Position numbers and translations under genes: made by a program. The notes beneath the pieces are model-generated. The model was not told where the DNA came from. It made no database searches and was given only the letters and a program-made list of their open reading frames with translations. A DNA stretch of 64,000 nt from contig OZ024747.1 in NCBI GenBank assembly GCA_964016885.1, forward strand, positions 15,624,001-15,688,000, given 5' to 3'. Shown in pieces: positions 57,659 to 64,000 of this stretch. The DNA is from Eledone cirrhosa. Taxonomy: Eukaryota. Numbering within the stretch: position 1 is the first letter of the stretch; every line of letters begins with the position of its first letter.

Positions 57659-59064
57659 TATATAATATATACATACATACATTTACGTATTTATACATTG
57701 AGAGGGTGAAAACAGAATATGAAAGAGAGAGAGAGACTAGGCATCACAGAAATTGCCTTCGTGTTGGACGAGACACCAATTTTGTTTTCTTCACTTCCTT
57801 TGAATTAACATGTTCTGACGAATCACGTGTACCTCACCGCATTCCAATCCTACATAATCTGAGAGTAATTAAGTGAAAATATTGACTCCCATTCATTAGA
57901 CGATGCTTGTTTGGTCACCGCCAGAAACTTGACCTTCATGTGTTTGGAGCAATTCATCTTGGCAGAAATCTTCCTCTACTTAAGATACACATTATGCTCG
58001 GTAGGTGGTGATTTAATTGGAGGGAAATGGTTCATTGACAGGGAATGAAACCTGTATTTGTTTCTCTACTTTTTATATTTTTATTAATATTTATTAATCT
58101 AAGAATGGAGGATTGGTAGAATTAGTAGAGCGTATGATATATCATTGCGCTATTTATTCTAGATCTTTTCGTTCTGCGTTCAATACCTGTGTAAATCAGC
58201 TTTGATTTCCCTCTTTCTTCGGACGATAACATAAATTGATCTTCAGGTGCCGAAATTGAGTTTAGTAACATAGCCCTTTCCTCAAGTTTGATAACCATAT
58301 GTCTGAATTACAAATCAATATATTTATGGAAATCACTGTTTAAATAAAGAAAAAAAACCATTGCCAATCTTTGGATCGACTTATAGAATCAATGTTTCCC
58401 ATGGTTTTTTCATTGCTGATGTTATTTCCGGGTCGCAATTCTTTGCAGATGTATCACTGCATTGAAATGTCTGTACTCGAAAAGCATAAAAAACAAATAG
58501 CAGAGCATCCATTCTAATATATGGATTCATATGATATTGGTAGATGAAAGGCAACGTTGACATTACATTCAGAGCGCATAGATTCTAAACATTCCTTTCG
58601 ACATCCTTACCTGTCAATATTCATAGAATGAAATATAGAGTGTATTGCTTCATATGATGTAATCAGTCTAATCAGTTATTGCGACCTTATTGTTACTAAT
58701 CTTTTGAATTCCCAGTCAGTTTCTGTTGGCTGTTTTCATCTTAGTGTTTTAAGTAAATGGAGGAAATACTAGATTAAAATCTCTTAGTATTAAACAACAT
58801 AAAATACTAACGGAGCAGATTTGAACTTATGATCCATAAGTATGTTAAAAAATAACTTATCCACCCGGGATATATTTTCATACATTTAATCACAGAGCCA
58901 ATCGTATATAGCCTGATACACACATATAGACACAAACACATGCATTTATGTGTCTGCGCCTCCCTGTGAGTATACACATGTGTATTTCTGTATGTATATA
59001 TAAATATACCATTTAGCATCAGAGATATGAACCTGATATTTCATCGCATAACAGCTCATAAACT

Positions 59065-59118
<54 letters not shown>

Positions 59119-59127
<9 letters not shown>

Positions 59128-59307
59128 TGATATTCTACAGGACTAGAACTGTTTCATTCTTTAGAAATCATCAGGAATTCCTGATGATTTCTAAAGAATG
59201 AAAGAGTTCTAGTCCTGTAGAATATCATCTATATTAAAAGTTTTACACTCTGCAATGTATTGAGTACCTTACTTACTGTGGTTACCCACGATTCAACCCG
59301 GAATAAC

Positions 59308-59308
<1 letters not shown>
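59119..59308 (+). mobile_element. Hairpin-plus-tail element, family B copy 2 (loop-less palindrome)
   Basis: 59119-59236 is a palindrome centred on GAATTC (59175-59180) with one mismatch. CTGATGA-tttctaaagaat-GAAA at 59181-59203. 72-nt tail; (TA)n flanks. Confidence 0.85.
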
Positions 59309-59366
<58 letters not shown>

Positions 59367-59381
59367 TATATATATATATAA

Positions 59382-59424
<43 letters not shown>

Positions 59425-59427
59425 CAT

Positions 59428-59508
<81 letters not shown>

Positions 59509-59512
59509 TATG

Positions 59513-59566
<54 letters not shown>

Positions 59567-59568
59567 TA

Positions 59569-59621
<53 letters not shown>

Positions 59622-59637
59622 GCGAGAGAGAGAGATA

Positions 59638-59680
<43 letters not shown>

Positions 59681-59917
59681 TTTGTTTTCTATCCGTTATC
59701 ATTAACACTCAACCCCTACCATATGATTGGCAACCTCTGTAATTGTTGTAAGAATGGGTGGAGTAAAATTTTAACGAAATGAAAAAAAGGAGGGGTAGAA
59801 ATATAATGATCAATAGTTTCATTTTAAAAATCAAACACCCATGCAACCCGGTCTTGTTTATCGCTCAATAGAAATTTGAATATATACCAGTTAAACTGGA
59901 TAATAATGACTGCAGTG

Positions 59918-59960
<43 letters not shown>

Positions 59961-60136
59961 ATATGTATATGTATATGTATATATATATATATGTATATAT
60001 ATACATATATATACATATATATTCATACACACATATATATATATTTATTAAAATAACAGATTAAAGTTTATATATATATATACATATATATATATATCTC
60101 TCTATATATATATTCACATATATTCATACACATATA

Positions 60137-60167
<31 letters not shown>

Positions 60168-60202
60168 GTGTATGAATATATATGAATATATCTATATATA
60201 TG

Positions 60203-60300
<98 letters not shown>

Positions 60301-60302
60301 GC

Positions 60303-60367
<65 letters not shown>

Positions 60368-61351
60368 GAGAGCGTGAGAGAGACATTTATATATATATAT
60401 ATATAATTTTTCTGTTTGCTAAGCCGAAATCACCAGTGTGTGAGTGAAAGAAAAAGAAGTAAAAAGAGAGTGGAGAATTATCGGATGTATGTGTGTGTAT
60501 GTGGAAGAGGCCAGCATTAGATGAATTAACAATATTCCGTGAGTTTTATCGACATTTCAGGAATTCATTTGTTATTTTAATTTTTTCTTTTAGCTACTCT
60601 ATTCGGAAATTCGTCATTGAAAGACAGGAATTGTGACCGTTTCTTCCCTTTTTTTTCATTTCCTTTTTAACTCTAACAAAATATGTTATTTCTATGTTTA
60701 ATTCTGTTTCATCTGTTATTTTCGATAAATCATATATAAAATAAGCCCCTTTTTATATTTTCAATTTTCTTTCTTCTTTTAATATCCTTTTCACTATCTC
60801 GTTATTTATTTGTTGTGTCAGATTTATATTAAATCTTAATTTTAAATTTCAATCATTTTGGAAAAAAAAAAATGTTCTACTACTCATTTTGTCCATACAT
60901 ATATAGATGCATAAATACATACGCACGCATACACAAACACACATAAGCTCAAATACACACACACATATATATAGGCTTGGTTTTTGTATATTTTTACCGC
61001 TCTAAGGGAAATTTGTATGTGTCTATATGTGAGCGCATTCTGACATCTTTTAAAATGTTTCCAATGGAATATATTCTAATTTTTTTCTCTAATCAATTAA
61101 AAAAGCCCTAAATAATCAATACACGAAGAATATACATAAATTTCCAATTCCAAATTGGTTCGTGAAATTATTAGAAATTTAGCATCAGCAAACATATTCA
61201 GCACTTTTTGGCAAAACAAGGCATAGGACAACAATAGCTTCAATCTAAACCACAAAATATGTATATTGTAGAATAAATATAATCACTTCAGCTTCAAGGC
61301 CTGCCATTTGAATATTTTGCCGAACGTTACCAAAAACTATATATATATATA

Positions 61352-61459
<108 letters not shown>

Positions 61460-63015
61460 ATATATTAGATTTGTTTATCTCCTAATACACAATTAAATAT
61501 ATATAGTTTTCTTTGGCTTGTTATGGCCAGGATTTAAGTGGTAATTCTCTACCTTAGACGCGGTTTCAATTCATATATATTTTCTATTTCATTTATTTCA
61601 AAATTGATCTGTTAATGTTTTCAACATAAATGTATATACATTACCGAATGAACCTCTGCATGGTCATTTGTATTGCTAGAAATGACAGCTAAATTTACCT
61701 CATATCATATGCAACCATAATTTGTTAAACATGTCCATGGGGTCATTAATTAAAAATCCTCCATCGAGGCCCTACTCGATAAAGGCTGTCTCCTTGCCAA
61801 GCATCTCGCAAATAAACATGAATGCGTAAAATATTTCAACGTTCTTTTAACTCTATGAAAATGAAAGGTCTTTGTAACATCAAAGGTTTAGTCCTTTTTG
61901 AGATTAATGGAATTATAGTAACAAAGGATCGAAATAGTAGAATCGTTAGATCGGCGTGTTAAATGGCTGCACATTTTTCCCCTCTATGTGCGTTCTGAGT
62001 TCAAAACGGCAGTTGTAAATTTTGCGATATCAGATCTGGATTGTGCATTCTTATTTCAAATCCTCATTCCTCTTGTCGGGATTTCAAACTGGCACAGAGT
62101 AACGCTAATAGAAAAACCAATGTAATCAGAGCTACATCAAATGATCGGCTACTGTACTACGAACTATTTCAGCAAAGTCATAAAAAAAACGACAAGAGCA
62201 AGTTTGCATGATGCCTTGAACTAATAGAAATAACAGTCAAATCTTCCTCATGTCACATTCAACCGTCATCTGAAGGAAAAAGCAAATTAAACGAGGACGT
62301 CCTAGACATACAAAATAATCGAGACGGCCACGAAATGAAAGTCTTTTAAACGGCTAAAATCATTAGCAATAGCCACTATAAACACCTTAAACAGTTCAAC
62401 TTCCTCTCTCTTCTACAAAAATCATCGGGCGTTGTAAACTGATCAAAAGTCTAGTATGCGATTCATATTATATCAACTAGGCGGACAATTGATGGATAGA
62501 TTGTTTTGAGAAATTTGGTTCGGCGTTCTGCGTTCTGATTTCATAACTGGTCGCGGTCAGTTTTATCTTTCGTCCTTTCTCGGTCCATAAATAAAGTAGT
62601 GGGGACGATACTTCCATTGTCTCCTCTTTATTTTCTCTGTAAGAGATCAGCTGTGTTAAAACCTATAGTGAGATCATGTACACACTAAGTATATCATGAC
62701 GCTGGCCATAGAAATTCATCAGTGTCCATGGATTATAGTGGCATAATTTTAATAATCGCATTACTCCTTATTCTAAATATATTTGAACTTTTGGCGTGTC
62801 GAAGAAAAAGAATATATAACAGATTCACTATAACAGATTCACTAGAGCTGCAAATAAATACTCTAGATTGATAATAGAAATCAATACATGTGTAGGCTTT
62901 TGAACGTGTAACGAAATCCCTTGAAAAAGGTACAAGAGAAACTTTGAAGATCACTTTTTTTTTAGAAAATCATTATATATTGACACGTGTCCAATAAAAA
63001 TATTGAAAAATAACG

Positions 63016-63075
<60 letters not shown>

Positions 63076-63280
63076 GTCAGTGTGCGTGTTTGTGTCTATG
63101 TGTGCGTGTGTGTGTTAGGAAAAAGGAAGTTTCGTTTACAGAAATTTAGGCCTTTATTGTATTGTATATCGACTTATTATGCGCGTTTTGCAGAGGACCG
63201 CCTCAAGGTCACCCATAGAAACTATGGACCCAGCACCAGTGTCGATCTACTCTGCAGACAATTGATTAGACAAAACCACA

Positions 63281-63321
<41 letters not shown>

Positions 63322-63324
<3 letters not shown>

Positions 63325-63778
63325 GAAATTAACAAATGGAAACTATATTTATAAAACCATATTTATTTCATTATACATGTTTCAAGGACACCAAGTTAAA
63401 TTATGGTGTGCTTTCATCAGACAAAATATAATATAGATCAGTTTTATAAATAAATATTGACATACCCTTAAAAAATGCAACCATTACTGTTGGAAGCTCC
63501 CGGATAACTATCCGGGAGCTTCCAACAGTAATGGTTGCTTTTTTTAAGGGTATGTCAATATTTATTTATAAAACTGATCTATATTATATTTTGTCTGATG
63601 AAAGCACACCATAATTTAACTTGGTGTCCTTGAAATATGTATAATGAAATAAATATTGTTTTATAAATATAGTTTCCATTTGTTAATATCGTATGTTTAC
63701 TCCAAATACTTGTTGAGTGCTTTATATCAGTTATAAAAATATTTGCTTGTTGTATCCCAACAATTTAAATAGAAATTT

Positions 63779-63781
<3 letters not shown>
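63322..63781 (+). mobile_element. Hairpin-plus-tail element, family A copy 3
   Basis: ~185-bp arms (63322-63506 / 63509-63693) with few mismatches, 88-nt tail ending TTTTGC, (TA)n flanks. Confidence 0.9.
63587..63651 (+). ncRNA. Type I hammerhead ribozyme (family A); mirrored in the left arm
   Basis: TATTTTGT-CTGATGA-AAGCACACCA taatttaact TGGTGTCCTT-GAAA-TATGTA-TA-ATGAAATA. Confidence 0.8.
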
Positions 63782-63847
<66 letters not shown>

Positions 63848-64000
63848 TGTATATATAAACTTAGCGGTCTTTCTAGCACTGACGGAGACCATCACTAAAT
63901 ATTAATATCAATGTAGTATTTTATATTGATATTGCCTGGGCATCCACTGATGAGTTATAAGGGCCCACTTGTGTGTATATCTATGGATTATATACAAGCT

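Overview
AT-rich, microsatellite-saturated eukaryotic non-coding DNA; the repeat content is typical of a cephalopod (Octopus-like) genome (inference). No host protein-coding exon can be supported, and nearly all ORF-track entries are translated (AT)n/(CA)n/(GA)n/(ACT)n repeats. Recognisable content: many copies of a tRNA-derived SINE with a Meta/MESC-like core; four decayed fragments of one Tx1/L1-clade LINE; two RTE-clade LINE fragments (one 5'-inverted); two small mariner-like MITEs. The main observation is at least six sequence-unrelated families of short elements that sit in (TA)n tracts and share one architecture: a long inverted-repeat hairpin, a type I hammerhead ribozyme (or degenerate core) often followed by AATAAA, and a one-sided 60-150 nt tail. 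This is what Penelope-like element (PLE) pLTR remnants or retrozymes look like. All these families carry the same small covarying structure, RCUC-[variable hairpin]-UY-GAGURCU, 5-12 nt beyond the end of the inverted arm (13 instances); I do not recognise it as a described motif. One ~2.7 kb member (1794-4527) appears to be a complete non-coding unit with 175-bp direct terminal repeats. All alignments and folds were done by eye.
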